Source: Acidobacteriota bacterium (lineage in GTDB: Bacteria > Acidobacteriota > UBA6911 > RPQK01 > JAJDTT01). Taken from it: 64,000 nt of DNA. Positions 19,601 to 29,098 of this stretch are shown here, in pieces (position 1 is the first letter of the stretch; each line of letters begins with the position of its first letter). Location: contig OZ242374.1 in assembly GCA_965209055.1 (NCBI GenBank), positions 3,616,001-3,680,000 of the forward strand. Direction: 5' to 3'. A program made the position numbers and the translations under genes. Under the pieces are notes generated by a model. The model was not told the origin of the DNA. It saw nothing but the letters and a program-made list of their open reading frames with translations, and searched no databases.

Positions 19601-21488
19601 TGTCGCCGAATTTCATCAGAGGCCGACGGTAGCTCAACACGTTCCGGCCCCAGGCTTCAGAAATCAGGATGGACTCGTACCGGGAATGAAGCTCGGAAAA
19701 CTCGAGAACCTCTCCGGCAATTTCCTTGATCTCGTCGTGCCGGAGCTTCCAATCCGGATGGCGGTGATCGACGTTGATGAGGCCCGGACATTCGATGGTG
19801 CGCGACACTGTGCGGGTCAGTCTGGCCACCTTCTGCAGATCCGGTTCCGGATCCTCCAAGTTTGCGGACCCCTGCAGCTTTGCGACCGATCCACGGAGCT
19901 TGCGGAGCGCATTGGAGGCGTTACGGAGTGCCTTCAAGATCCTCAATCGATCCGTCGGCAGGTACGATGTCCGGGTACTACCCCAGAAAACATGCTTTCT
20001 GGGCTTGCCGATTACACCTATGGTTTCCTGAAGCTCGGAGACCAATTCCCGCAACAGAAGAAAGTCACGCCGTCTGGACGAGGCCACGCCGTTGCCGGAG
20101 AGAAGTGGCCATTCTGTGCCGGGATCCAATTCCTGGAATCTGGCCAGTTTGCCGATGACTTCGTGCGGCGTGAAGCGACTTTCCCCGATGGGTGTATTGA
20201 CGGCGACCGAATAGTCGTCGAGTCGTTTTCGCCGCCTGGCCATCAGCTGCCGGTCTTCAGACACGTCCTCAACTTGGGGCTTTCCCAAATGAAGCGTGCG
20301 TCTCAGTTCATCGACGACAGTCTTTTTGTTGGCGGTATGGCTGTGCAGTTCGAGGCAGGCGTCTCCGATGTGAACGCTGTCGAGTCTCCGCTTGACGACT
20401 TCGAGAGCCGCCATCTTCTCGGCGACGAACAGGACCTTTTTGTCTTGGGCGATCGCTTCGGCGATCAAATTGGTAATGGTTTGTGACTTGCCCGTTCCAG
20501 GAGGGCCCTGAATGACCAGATTGCGGCCCTGCATGGCATCGATGACGGCGAGAGTTTGTGAACTGTCCGAATCGAGGATCTGGTGCGCATCCGGTGCGGT
20601 GAGCCGGGGATCGAGACCGTCTCCTTCAATATCGTCCGGCGCACCATTTCCGAAGCCTTGGTGGCTGAGAAGGGCTTCTATGACGGGATGATCCGAAGGC
20701 GCTGAATCTTCTGGCCACGATTCCGGGTCTAAATCCTTGTAGATCAACAGTTTGCTGAAGGAGAAAAAGCCGAGGAATATGGCGTTGGCGTCAACCGTCC
20801 ACCTCTCCTTTCCGGAAATCGCAACGCGGACCTTATGAAAATAGTCGTTGACGTCCAGGTCTTCCACGTCGGGAAGTTCCGGTAGCCCGATATCGAAGTC
20901 TGCTTTCAGTTTCGCTTCCAGAGAAAGATTGGCCCCGATCTCTTCGCCGGTGTAACCGAGCCGGTAGTGTGCCCGGATACTGGTGCGAGAAAGCTCGACC
21001 GGAACCAGGATAAGAGGAGCCATGCGGAGCAATTCGCTCGATTTGGATTCGTACCAATTGAGGGTGCCCAGAGCGAGAAAGAGAATGTTGACCCCTTGTT
21101 CTTCGATGGAGGTGTGGGCGGCCCTGAAGGTGTTCTTAAGCCGGATTTCCAACTGGGTCGCCGAGTAGGGTGTCTGGAGCTGGTTGTCAACGTGATGCGC
21201 CGCCGGCTCGGCGGATGGATCCTCGAAGTCGGTAATCGAGGACAGCAGTGCCTGGGGAATTTCCGCTTCGAGCGACCCGTCTCCGCCACTCGAACCGGTC
21301 GGCAGAAAATACATCAGACGTTCATTCCGGACGATGATCCTGAAGATCTCCCTTGGGATCTCGCCGGTGATCGTCAGTCCGCGCGTCTTGGACGGGCGAA
21401 AGTTCAGAAGGGGATTGCGCAGGGTGAGATCAAGAAGGTCCCTGCGAGACCTGTCGAGTTGCGTTGCGACAGAGGTAGAAGTACTCAT
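16182..21488 (-). CDS. DUF4011 - SF1 helicase - Vsr-like nuclease - DUF3320 protein (Hhe-like anti-phage protein)
   Basis: LLDLTLRNPLLNF, QGPPGTGKSQTI, IFDEASQ, WHYRSRHESLI, NLENVQGDERD, GIECDGATYHS..SARDRDRLRQ, RIWSTDW; the last ~200 aa look like read-through. Confidence 0.85.
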   Translation of the reverse strand: MSTSTSVATQLDRSRRDLLDLTLRNPLLNFRPSKTRGLTITGEIPREIFRIIVRNERLMYFLPTGSSGGDGSLEAEIPQALLSSITDFEDPSAEPAAHHVDNQLQTPYSATQLEIRLKNTFRAAHTSIEEQGVNILFLALGTLNWYESKSSELLRMAPLILVPVELSRTSIRAHYRLGYTGEEIGANLSLEAKLKADFDIGLPELPDVEDLDVNDYFHKVRVAISGKERWTVDANAIFLGFFSFSKLLIYKDLDPESWPEDSAPSDHPVIEALLSHQGFGNGAPDDIEGDGLDPRLTAPDAHQILDSDSSQTLAVIDAMQGRNLVIQGPPGTGKSQTITNLIAEAIAQDKKVLFVAEKMAALEVVKRRLDSVHIGDACLELHSHTANKKTVVDELRRTLHLGKPQVEDVSEDRQLMARRRKRLDDYSVAVNTPIGESRFTPHEVIGKLARFQELDPGTEWPLLSGNGVASSRRRDFLLLRELVSELQETIGVIGKPRKHVFWGSTRTSYLPTDRLRILKALRNASNALRKLRGSVAKLQGSANLEDPEPDLQKVARLTRTVSRTIECPGLINVDHRHPDWKLRHDEIKEIAGEVLEFSELHSRYESILISEAWGRNVLSYRRPLMKFGDKWWRFLSGNYRAARAGLYCLCRRDLPSEGSAQLRIVEAILREQRLRQRIEGSRLLARLFPRVRLDRNPAKNRHLSEVINWLLVLHQEIAGEAVDERIHELLDRDLDGEDSDSLVETCNTDSESLSGALEAVAKVLEYNASGARSGTGPTDRPFSELEIWLDTAANQIDSLREIVRYNSIEKRLVDAGLQETISMAGSWKHAGVHLVDLFERSWFVALIEKAFQERPVLTEFEGGMHQKFIEEFCKLDMDFFQHNRALVAQAHWERLPRHHGGGQLAVLRREFEKKRRHLPLRRLMAMAGNAIQQIKPIFMMSPLSVAKFIPPESVRFDLVIFDEASQVKPVEAMGAIRRARQSIVVGDSKQLPPTRFFERIVEGEEEEDQFATSDIESILGLFAAQGAPERMLRWHYRSRHESLIAVSNHEFYENRLVIFPSPDAQRREVGLQFRCDPDTFYERGARRRFNRGEAHAVAKAVMNHAQTQPDLTLGVAAFSIAQARRIEDELEILRRQDPSRESFFAKHPDEPFFVKNLENVQGDERDVILISIGYGKTEDGRMAMNFGPLNQDGGERRLNVLITRARRRCVVYSNFNSEDLDLRRTNARGVQALQTFLKYAASGILEVPRPSGGEADSPFEEAVAARLKESGHSVDHQIGSSGFFVDLGIIDPDRPGRYLLGIECDGATYHSARSARDRDRLRQQVLEGLGWTIHRIWSTDWFHQPEREMEKVEDAIQRAMRDDSFSKRAPKRPQRHPAPISRVRIPEAAQQVADPYLLGKPGVRLLGQELHEVWSGHVMNWILQVVQVESPVHLQEVARRIATAAGVKRVGSRIRNRIRTAANEAVRQGKIYRLDNFLWRHDHKQVPLRRRDGLPPAMRKIDLISPQELGAALLHAVRASHGIDETGAINEAARLFGFKRVGPGIRSRFKTVLDRLVEGGTLTHQRQHLRPGPNEIPIRGRSRAGWKVRKPLPFPSRISPRLPRPSAPILCRVGISRRSIQIGWTDFLDGVFLDGDDGPVVVLPAGAAEGRDIRHDGVAHLLGGTAPVGPGQPSQGLDAVFPALPVTSLDEAVGIADEHIAHPHPRFSHFVLNGWRPEGPQDQTAQVQGLDSIPLQDQGAEVAGVDVPDDAVFVNLCVERGDKLVGSG

Positions 21489-21579
21489 CGTCCGGCGGAG
21501 GCACGCACCATCGGTAGGCCTCTACAATAGGCGAACCGCCGCCGGGAAATCCATTACTTCATAGGGTCTCAACGCAAGG

Positions 21580-23460
21580 CTAGGAGACCAGGTCCCGCAC
21601 CGCCTCGACGATGGCGCGGGCTCCGATGCCGTGGCCGTCCATCAGCTCAGCCGAGGGTCCGGACCGGGGCAGGTCGGTCACGGCCAGCTTCCGGTAGCGG
21701 TACTGCCGTCCGGCCAGGGCGTCCACCACGGCGTCTCCCAGACCTCCGTCGGCGTAGTGGTCCTCCACGGTGACGATGGCTCCGGTCTCCCGCGCCGCCT
21801 GCGCCAGAGACTCGCCATCGACCGGCTTGACGGAGTACAGGTCGATGACGCGGATGTCGATGCCCTCGTCCTGCAGTTGCCCATGCGCCTTGAGGGCTTC
21901 GTGAAGGGTGATTCCGGCGCCTACGACCGTGGCTTGGTCGGAGGGGCTGGTTCGAACGGTCTTGGACCCGCCGCGGACGAAGGTCTCCGCCGCATCGTAG
22001 AGGCAGGCGGTCTTGGGACGGGTGGTTCGGATGTAGACGATGCCGGGTGTTTGGGAGGCCACCTCGACCAGGCGCTCCGTGGCGACGGCGTCGCTGGGAT
22101 AGAGGACCGTGGACCCTTGAATGGCCCGCATCATGGCCAGATCCTCCAGACCCATTTGTGAGGGGCCGTCCTCTCCGATGGAGACGCCGGCATGGGAGCC
22201 GCAGAGCTTGAGGTTGCTCTGGGAGATGGCCGCCATCCGAATCAGGTCGTAGGCGCGGGTCATGAAGGCGGCGAAGGTGGAGGCGAATGGGATCTTGCCC
22301 ACGGCGCCCATGCCCACGGCCGCCCCGACCATGGCCTGCTCCGCGATGAAGCACTCGAAGAACCGGTCCGGATGTTGCTCCATGAACCGCAGAGAATAGG
22401 TGGAGTTCTTGGTGTCGCCGTCCAGGGCCACGACCCGGGGATTGGCGTTTCCCAACTTCCGCAGTCCGGTCCCGTACGCGACGCGGGTGGCCACCCGATC
22501 CTGATCGGTGTAGCTGGGAGGCTCCATCTTCGCGTTCCCACCCGAATCGGCGGCGCCGGAATCGCCGTTCCCGGCCGGCAGCGCCACGCTCAAGGAATGA
22601 TCCGCCAACGCCTCCGGACCCAGCTCCTCCAGCGCCCGCTCCAGGTCTGCTCCACGGGGAATCGGTTTTCCGTGCCAGCCGTCCCGGTTCTCCATGAAGG
22701 AGACTCCCTTGCCCTTGAGGGTGCGGGCGACGATGACCGAGGGCTTGCCGGTCTGGTCGCATGCGTCCTGGAGCGCGGCCGCGATCTCCCCTACGTCGTG
22801 GCCGTCCACGGCGGCCGCGTGCCAGCCGAAGGCGCGAAAACGGTCGCAGTAGCCGTCCAGGTCGTGGTCGTACATGGTGTTCTGGCTCTGGCCGTACCCG
22901 TTCACGTCCACCACGCCGATGAGATTGTCCAGACCGTAGAATCCGGCCAGGGCGGCCGCTTCCCAAACCGCGCCCTCGGCCGTTTCTCCGTCCCCCATGA
23001 GGACATAGACCCGGTTTCCCGAAGGACGGTTTCTGAGGGCCAGCGCCATCCCCACGCCGATGGCCAATCCCTGGCCCAGGGACCCGGTGCCGACGTCGAC
23101 CCAGCGGCTTCGGGGTGTGGGATGCCCCTCCAACTCGCTGTCGATCCGCCGCAGAGTGAGCAGCCTTTCCACCGGAAAGGCTCCGCCTTCGGCCAAGGCC
23201 GCGTAAAGGACCGGTGCGGCATGTCCCTTGGAGAGCACGAAGCGGTCATTCGCCGGATGATCCGGCCGGTTGAGGTCGAAGCGCAGGAATTGGAAGAAGA
23301 TGGTGGAGACCAGGTCGGCACAGGAGAAGCAGGAAGTCGGATGTCCCGATCCGGCCTCGGTGGTGGAGACCAGCGAGTGGCGCCGCAAACGGTTGGCCAT
23401 TCCCTGGAGGGATCGGATTCGGTCGGGGGTGACCACGGTAGAATCTGGATTTGATGTCAT
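21580..23460 (-). CDS. tkt: Transketolase (short single-chain type)
   Basis: SGHPTS, LSKGHAAP, GSLGQG, GDGE..EG..WEA (ThDP motif), GEDGPSQ. Confidence 0.92.
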   Translation of the reverse strand: MTSNPDSTVVTPDRIRSLQGMANRLRRHSLVSTTEAGSGHPTSCFSCADLVSTIFFQFLRFDLNRPDHPANDRFVLSKGHAAPVLYAALAEGGAFPVERLLTLRRIDSELEGHPTPRSRWVDVGTGSLGQGLAIGVGMALALRNRPSGNRVYVLMGDGETAEGAVWEAAALAGFYGLDNLIGVVDVNGYGQSQNTMYDHDLDGYCDRFRAFGWHAAAVDGHDVGEIAAALQDACDQTGKPSVIVARTLKGKGVSFMENRDGWHGKPIPRGADLERALEELGPEALADHSLSVALPAGNGDSGAADSGGNAKMEPPSYTDQDRVATRVAYGTGLRKLGNANPRVVALDGDTKNSTYSLRFMEQHPDRFFECFIAEQAMVGAAVGMGAVGKIPFASTFAAFMTRAYDLIRMAAISQSNLKLCGSHAGVSIGEDGPSQMGLEDLAMMRAIQGSTVLYPSDAVATERLVEVASQTPGIVYIRTTRPKTACLYDAAETFVRGGSKTVRTSPSDQATVVGAGITLHEALKAHGQLQDEGIDIRVIDLYSVKPVDGESLAQAARETGAIVTVEDHYADGGLGDAVVDALAGRQYRYRKLAVTDLPRSGPSAELMDGHGIGARAIVEAVRDLVS

Positions 23461-23622
23461 GGCTGTCCTGTGATGTCTGGTTTTTCGAAACTATGGATTT
23501 GCCGCCCGCCCCGGACGGCAACAGTATCGCCCCGGGGGGTGACGCCAGTTTAACGCCCGCTCTCGGACCGGACCAGAAAACGGAACCAATCTGACCGAAT
23601 CTTCACGACCCGGCACGGACCC

Positions 23623-24645
23623 TTACCCACCGAGGGTGATCATCTCGATCTTCCGATGATCTTTCCGATGGTAGCCGTCGGTGCGAATCTGTTGCCAACG
23701 GCGATCGGAGAACCGGTCCTCCCGGACCGACCAGACCCGCTCCAGGAAGGAACGGATCTCCACGTCGGAACTTCCGCCTCGCAGCAGGCGCTTCAGATCG
23801 TGGCCCCCGGAGGCGAACAGGCAGGTGACCATCTGGCCGTCGGCTGTCAATCGGACCCGGCTGCAGGTGGAACAGAACGGTTCGGTCACCGATCCGATGA
23901 TTCCGATCTGTCCGGCACCGTCCAGGAAGCGGTAGTTGACGGCGGGCGCGCGGCTCTCCTCCCGTCCCACGGCCTCCAGGGGATACCGGGATCGGATCCG
24001 GTCCAGGATCTCCTGTTTGGTGACGGTTCTCTCGAGACTCCAGTCGTTGGCGTTTCCCACGTCCATGTATTCGATGAACCTGGCCTGCAGACCGTGCTCT
24101 CGCGAGTACTCCACCAAGTCCATGATCTCATCGTCGTTGATACCCCTGATCACGACGGTGTTGATCTTGATGGGAGCCATTCCGGTGTCCCGGGCCGCCA
24201 GGATCCCCTCCAGCACGTCTTCCAGGCGTCCCCGTTTGGTGATGGCACTGAACTTGTCCGGATCCAACGTGTCCAGACTGACGTTGATCCGGCGCAGGCC
24301 TGCCCGCCTCAACGCGGGAGCCAATCGGGCCAGGAACGAGCCGTTGGTCGTGAGGCTCAGGTCCTTCAAGCCTCCGATTGTGGAGAGGTCCCCAAGCAGA
24401 CGGTGCAGGTCGCGCCGGACCAGGGGCTCGCCGCCCGTAATTCGGATCCTCCCGACGCCCAGGTCGACGAAGAGTCGGGCCAGGCGGACGATCTCTTCGA
24501 AGGTCAGCAGCTCCCGCTTCTCGATCCAGACGTACTGGTCCAGCGGCATGCAGTACCGGCAACGGTAGTTGCACCGGTCCGTCACCGAGACTCGCAGATC
24601 CTTCATGGGTCTGCGGAATACGTCGGTCGTCTCCATGCCGCTCAT
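23623..24645 (-). CDS. moaA: GTP 3',8-cyclase
   Basis: LRVSVTDRCNYRCRYCMP, FCSTCSRVRLTADG..TCLF, C-terminal GG. Confidence 0.95.
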   Translation of the reverse strand: MSGMETTDVFRRPMKDLRVSVTDRCNYRCRYCMPLDQYVWIEKRELLTFEEIVRLARLFVDLGVGRIRITGGEPLVRRDLHRLLGDLSTIGGLKDLSLTTNGSFLARLAPALRRAGLRRINVSLDTLDPDKFSAITKRGRLEDVLEGILAARDTGMAPIKINTVVIRGINDDEIMDLVEYSREHGLQARFIEYMDVGNANDWSLERTVTKQEILDRIRSRYPLEAVGREESRAPAVNYRFLDGAGQIGIIGSVTEPFCSTCSRVRLTADGQMVTCLFASGGHDLKRLLRGGSSDVEIRSFLERVWSVREDRFSDRRWQQIRTDGYHRKDHRKIEMITLGG

Positions 24646-24739
24646 TATCTCGTTCAGGACGGAGGCGCTTCAAGGAAGGGCCGACCCGCCGTTGCCGAAT
24701 TCGGACGGCGGATCGAAAAAGCGTGGAGCGGAAACGGGT

Positions 24740-25063
24740 TCAGACGTGAAATGACTCGCCGCAGCCGCAGGAGCCGGACACGTTGGGATTCTTGAATTGA
24801 AACCCGGCGGCTTGAGTCGTCTCGATGTAGTCGATCTCGGTCCCGTCCAGGTAGAGCATGCTCTGAGGATCCACGAAGACCTTGAAGCCGTCGATCTCCA
24901 AGACGTCATCGCCCTCGCGGCCCTGCCGCTCCAGGTTCATGGCGTACTGGAAGCCGGAGCAGCCCCCACCCACCACCGCCACCCGGACACCGGAAAACCC
25001 CTGGGCCTGTTGCGAGATGACCTTCTGGACCTGGTTCACTGCGTCGTTCGTCAGGGTAATCAT
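24740..25063 (-). CDS. HesB/IscA/ErpA family A-type Fe-S carrier
   Basis: GGCSGFQY, NPN...SCGCGESF. Confidence 0.92.
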   Translation of the reverse strand: MITLTNDAVNQVQKVISQQAQGFSGVRVAVVGGGCSGFQYAMNLERQGREGDDVLEIDGFKVFVDPQSMLYLDGTEIDYIETTQAAGFQFKNPNVSGSCGCGESFHV

Positions 25064-25153
25064 GAGATTTTGTCTCCTGATTTGTGATTTTACGCGGGAG
25101 AGCTTTCGACTTCAAACGAAGGGGGGCGACTATCGACCCCCTGACCCCCCTGT

Positions 25154-25176
25154 CGGCGGTTGGAAACCGCCGCTCC
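25154..25176. repeat. REP-like palindrome
   Basis: CGGCGGTTGGAAACCGCCG hairpin; the minus strand starts GGAGCGGCG, like the repeats at 63214. Confidence 0.45.
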
Positions 25177-25189
25177 TGTCGCCGTTCCT

Positions 25190-27889
25190 CTAGTTCCTGG
25201 ACTGCCGGACCAATTGTTCCAGGACCTGTTTCAAACGCTCCTGTTCCTCTCCGTAGGCGGCCCAGTTTCCCTCTCGCAGGTGTTTCTGACTCTGATTGAA
25301 GTGCCGCAGTGCCCGGACCATCAGGGGGCTGCCGCGTCCCAGTTCAACCTCGGTATCGACGGAAATCCCCGGCGTGGCCGCGGCCCGGAATTTTCCAGGC
25401 GTCTCGTCGGGCCAGATGGCGGCTGCCAAAGCTTCGTCCAGCGTCTCTCCAAGGGCCACGCGGTTATCGAACACAACGATGATCCGGGTCAACTCGGGGA
25501 TCATGCTCTTTTCCGCCTGCAGGTAGAGCGGCTCGACGTAGAGCAGGGTGTCCTCAATGGGGATCACCAGCAGGTTGCCGCGAATCACCTCCGAACCTTG
25601 CTGACTCCAGAGTGTCAGCAGGGGAGAAATGGTCGGGTCCTGATCGATGCGGGCTTCGATCTGAAGCGGTCCGTAACGCAGCTCCTGCTTGGGGAACTGG
25701 TAGAGAACCAGGGTCCCGTAGTGTTCCCCATCCGACCGGGCGGCCAACCAGGAGATCATGTTGTTCTTGTTGCGGGGGGTGTAGGGGACCAGAAGAATGA
25801 ATTCCTCCTCCTGAGACCCGGGCAGGTTCATGATCACGTAGTAGCTCTCCATGACCTGTTCCTGGTCCCGGTAGATCTCGGTGGGGATGTCCCACACGTC
25901 CTCCTTGTTGTAGAAGACGCTGGTGTCCCGCATGTGATAGGTGCGGAACATCTCCCGCTGGACGTTGAAGAGGACTTCCGGATACCGCAGGTGCAGCCGC
26001 AGGCCTTCGGGCATCTCTCCCAAGGGGCGAAACGTGGAGGGGAAGATGGCGGAGTAGACCTGAATCAGGGGGTCGTCGGGATCGGAGACGTAGAAGGTCA
26101 CATCTCCCAGATAGGCGTCGACCACCACCTTCAGTGAATTTCGGATGTAGTTGAACCCGCCGCGGGTCGGCTCCGAATAGGGATAGCGGCTGGTGGAGGT
26201 GTAGCCGTCCTGAATCCAGAAGAGGCGCCCCTCGTGGATCACCAGGTAGGGGTCCGGATCGAAATCCAGTCCCGGCGGAGCGATCTTGGGCACGCGGTCC
26301 TGGATGCGCCGGTGCAGCAGGACGCGGCTCTCGGACGTGAAGTCGTCGGCGAACAGGATCTTGTAGTTTTTCAGTTCCCAGGCGAAGAGCAGCTTTCGTA
26401 CGAAGGAGCCGATGCCGAGACCTTTCTCGGCCTGGTAGGTGGTGAAGGCGTTCCGGTCGCCGATGGGATAGTCGAACTCCTCCTGAGCGGTTTTGACGAA
26501 GACCGGGTTGTCGGTCTTCTCGCCAAAGTAGATCTCGGGACGGGTGATCTCGAAGCTCCCGTTGCTCTGGGGCGGGATGTCCTTGATGAAGAACTCGGGA
26601 AGTCCCTCCGGCGTGACCTCGTTGACGGGGCTCAGGCAGAGTCCGTAGCCGTGGGTGTAGACGAAATACTCGTTGATCCAGGTCTGGGCCTGCTCCGAGA
26701 TCTTGCTGAAGTCCAGTTCCCGGGCCGACAGCATCACCTGCCGGTATTTCCCGTCGATGACGTAGCGGTCCAGGTCAACCCCCTGGAACTCGTAGTAGGA
26801 GCGGATCGATTGAAGCTGGTTGTAGGAGTCCATCAGGGGCCGCCAGCCCCAGAGGCGGATGTTCCCGATGGTGGTCTCGTTGGCGGCCATGTCCTCCCGG
26901 GAGAGGTCGCCGCTCCCGGAGAAGTCGTGCACTTCGATCTTGTCCAGGTTGTACGCCTTGCGGGTGAGGCCGATGTTGTGCGCCAGGTAAGGCGTCTCCA
27001 TCTGCAGCTCGTTGGGTTCCACGATGAAGGTCTGAATCACCATGGGGTAGAGATTCAGGGCCAGGTACGCGATGCCGAAGAAGACTCCCGAATAGACGGC
27101 CGTTCGAAGGTTCTTCCCGAAGATGGAGACGGCGAAGGCGATGGCGGTCAGGACGGAGACGCCGGCCAGGATCATGGTGCAGGGAAGGCGGGCGTAGACA
27201 TCCGTGTACCCGGCGCCGAAGATGACCCCCTCCCGGCTATAGAGAATCTCGTAACAATTGAGCCAGAACCGTCCGGCCAGCAGCAGGAATCCCGCGACGG
27301 CCAGAATCGTCAGGTGCACTCGCGCCTCCTGGCTCAGTTGCAGGCGCTGCAGGTAGGCCAGGTGGCCATGGGTCACGTAGGTGATGGCGGCGGCGAGCAC
27401 GGAAAGGACGACCAGAACCAGTCCCAGATGGACCAGGAAGCTCAGGACCGGCAGGGAGAATATAAAAAACGAGATGTCCTGGGAGAAGACGGGATCCTGT
27501 GATCCCGTCGGCACCTGGTTCCAGAACTGGAGGAAGGTCAGCCACTGGCTCTGGACCACCATTCCCATCAGAACCGACAGGACCAGAATGGCGACCCAGA
27601 AGACGAATTGCGTGCCCTTCCGGGCTGTCGCCTGGAGTTCGGGACTCATCCAGTAGATGCCGTGGTGACGCCGTCCGGCCAGATAGAGGTTGGAGCCCAG
27701 GATCAGAAAACTGACGCCGAACCCGGCCAGCCAGAACAGGAACTTGGAGGCGAGTGTGGTCTGGAAGACTTCCAGGTAGCCGACGGCATCGAACCAGAGA
27801 TAGTCGATGTAGAGGCTGATCCCTCCGGCGAGCGCACCCCAGACCGTCAGAATCAGCAGCAGGGGGATCATCGTGCGTATTCTTCCCAT
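25190..27889 (-). CDS. UPF0182 family membrane protein
   Basis: N-terminal TM helices, GAGYTDV, NIRLW, YTHGYG, P.IYFGE, NYIRNSLKVVVDAY.G, YVEPLYLQA. Confidence 0.92.
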   Translation of the reverse strand: MGRIRTMIPLLLILTVWGALAGGISLYIDYLWFDAVGYLEVFQTTLASKFLFWLAGFGVSFLILGSNLYLAGRRHHGIYWMSPELQATARKGTQFVFWVAILVLSVLMGMVVQSQWLTFLQFWNQVPTGSQDPVFSQDISFFIFSLPVLSFLVHLGLVLVVLSVLAAAITYVTHGHLAYLQRLQLSQEARVHLTILAVAGFLLLAGRFWLNCYEILYSREGVIFGAGYTDVYARLPCTMILAGVSVLTAIAFAVSIFGKNLRTAVYSGVFFGIAYLALNLYPMVIQTFIVEPNELQMETPYLAHNIGLTRKAYNLDKIEVHDFSGSGDLSREDMAANETTIGNIRLWGWRPLMDSYNQLQSIRSYYEFQGVDLDRYVIDGKYRQVMLSARELDFSKISEQAQTWINEYFVYTHGYGLCLSPVNEVTPEGLPEFFIKDIPPQSNGSFEITRPEIYFGEKTDNPVFVKTAQEEFDYPIGDRNAFTTYQAEKGLGIGSFVRKLLFAWELKNYKILFADDFTSESRVLLHRRIQDRVPKIAPPGLDFDPDPYLVIHEGRLFWIQDGYTSTSRYPYSEPTRGGFNYIRNSLKVVVDAYLGDVTFYVSDPDDPLIQVYSAIFPSTFRPLGEMPEGLRLHLRYPEVLFNVQREMFRTYHMRDTSVFYNKEDVWDIPTEIYRDQEQVMESYYVIMNLPGSQEEEFILLVPYTPRNKNNMISWLAARSDGEHYGTLVLYQFPKQELRYGPLQIEARIDQDPTISPLLTLWSQQGSEVIRGNLLVIPIEDTLLYVEPLYLQAEKSMIPELTRIIVVFDNRVALGETLDEALAAAIWPDETPGKFRAAATPGISVDTEVELGRGSPLMVRALRHFNQSQKHLREGNWAAYGEEQERLKQVLEQLVRQSRN

Positions 27890-28027
27890 GGTGTCGCCAC
27901 TTTACCCCAAAGGGGTGCCGGGCAGAAGGCGTTGGGCTGTCAACGCCGGACGACGCGGTTCCGGCGCGGAGAATCCGGCGTCATCCTGACGGCAACAGGC
28001 CGATTGAGAGGCGCGAGTGGACCGGGG

Positions 28028-28936
28028 CTACCAGGGCTCAATCCGGGTCACCGGTATGTTGCGGTAACCCAACTCCCGGTAGAGGGCCTGGACCTCGGGG
28101 CTCAGAAGGTAGTTCAGATAGCGTTCGGCCCAGGGATTGCTCACCCTCATCAGGGCGACGCCGTACCGGATCGGGACGCCCTTGAGCTCGGCCATGGAAT
28201 CGGGAACCTTGCCGGTGACCCGGAGAGTCGCCTGCGAGTAGGACGCGCCATAAAGGGTTTCACCCAGAGCGATTTGGGGAGGCAGGTCGAGAAAGGCCAG
28301 CCTGTTCTGGAGCGCCGTGGACCGGTAGAGAAAAGCCAGATCCAGGGCATCGGCCCGAAGCAGCGCCGCCAGCTCGCCCGACTCGGGACAGATCCAGCGC
28401 GAATCCAGCCCATTCAGGAGCCTCCGGTAGAGGCCGGGGCGTTCGTAGTGCATCTCCGCCAGCTTCCACACCATGTGGGCGCAGTAACCGGTCGGGTCCC
28501 GGTCGGGATCGGCGATGCCATAGGAGAAGTCCCGCTCCAGGAGAATCTCGTACCAGCGGCGATGGGACCGCCCGGAGAGCCGGGTCGCGCTCAGGAATTC
28601 GGGATCCCGGGTGGCCAGCACCATGTCGTTCCCCAGGAATTCGAAGGCGCGGGTCACGCTGCCGGCATCCAGGAGCCGCTCCAGCAGACGCCGGTCCGAA
28701 ACCGCCAGCAGATCCGGGCCCCGCGTCCGGCCCGGCAACTTGCGGATGAGGTCCAGGCCGGCCCCGGACTCGCGCACCACCACGACACCGGGATGCATGC
28801 TCTCGAACCGCTTGGAGACGGTCTCGACCAGGGGAGACAAACTGCCGGTGTGGAAAAAGGTGACGGTCTCGGTCGAAGTTTGGCACGAGGCCAGGAGTGC
28901 GGTGAGGATGAGCGTCGAAATTCGGCGGACGAACAT
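28028..28936 (-). CDS. Tungstate/molybdate ABC substrate-binding lipoprotein (WtpA/ModA-like)
   Basis: Lipobox LLASC, FHTGSLS, ADPDRDPTGY, AFLYRS.A.Q. Confidence 0.7.
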   Translation of the reverse strand: MFVRRISTLILTALLASCQTSTETVTFFHTGSLSPLVETVSKRFESMHPGVVVVRESGAGLDLIRKLPGRTRGPDLLAVSDRRLLERLLDAGSVTRAFEFLGNDMVLATRDPEFLSATRLSGRSHRRWYEILLERDFSYGIADPDRDPTGYCAHMVWKLAEMHYERPGLYRRLLNGLDSRWICPESGELAALLRADALDLAFLYRSTALQNRLAFLDLPPQIALGETLYGASYSQATLRVTGKVPDSMAELKGVPIRYGVALMRVSNPWAERYLNYLLSPEVQALYRELGYRNIPVTRIEPW

Positions 28937-29098
28937 GAATTGTGGGGGACGTCTCGGCAGCGTCCGGTCGTCGATTTTATCCCAGTGTTGCGGGATCATT
29001 GCAAATCTCCGGAAGCGGCCCGCTTCGGAGGCGCCGGAGCTTCAGCGCGGACTGTTATGCTTTCCGGAACGGGCACAACTCGGGGAATTGGGAATCCG

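Noticed and set aside
24646-24739. Moco riboswitch upstream of moaA
   Set aside because: Only a simple GC hairpin in a short spacer; no recognisable consensus, and an Rfam scan would be needed
27608-29098. 677 aa ORF suggesting a large N-terminal fusion to TadA
   Set aside because: The upstream part is antisense to two real genes; TadA similarity starts at ATG 29099
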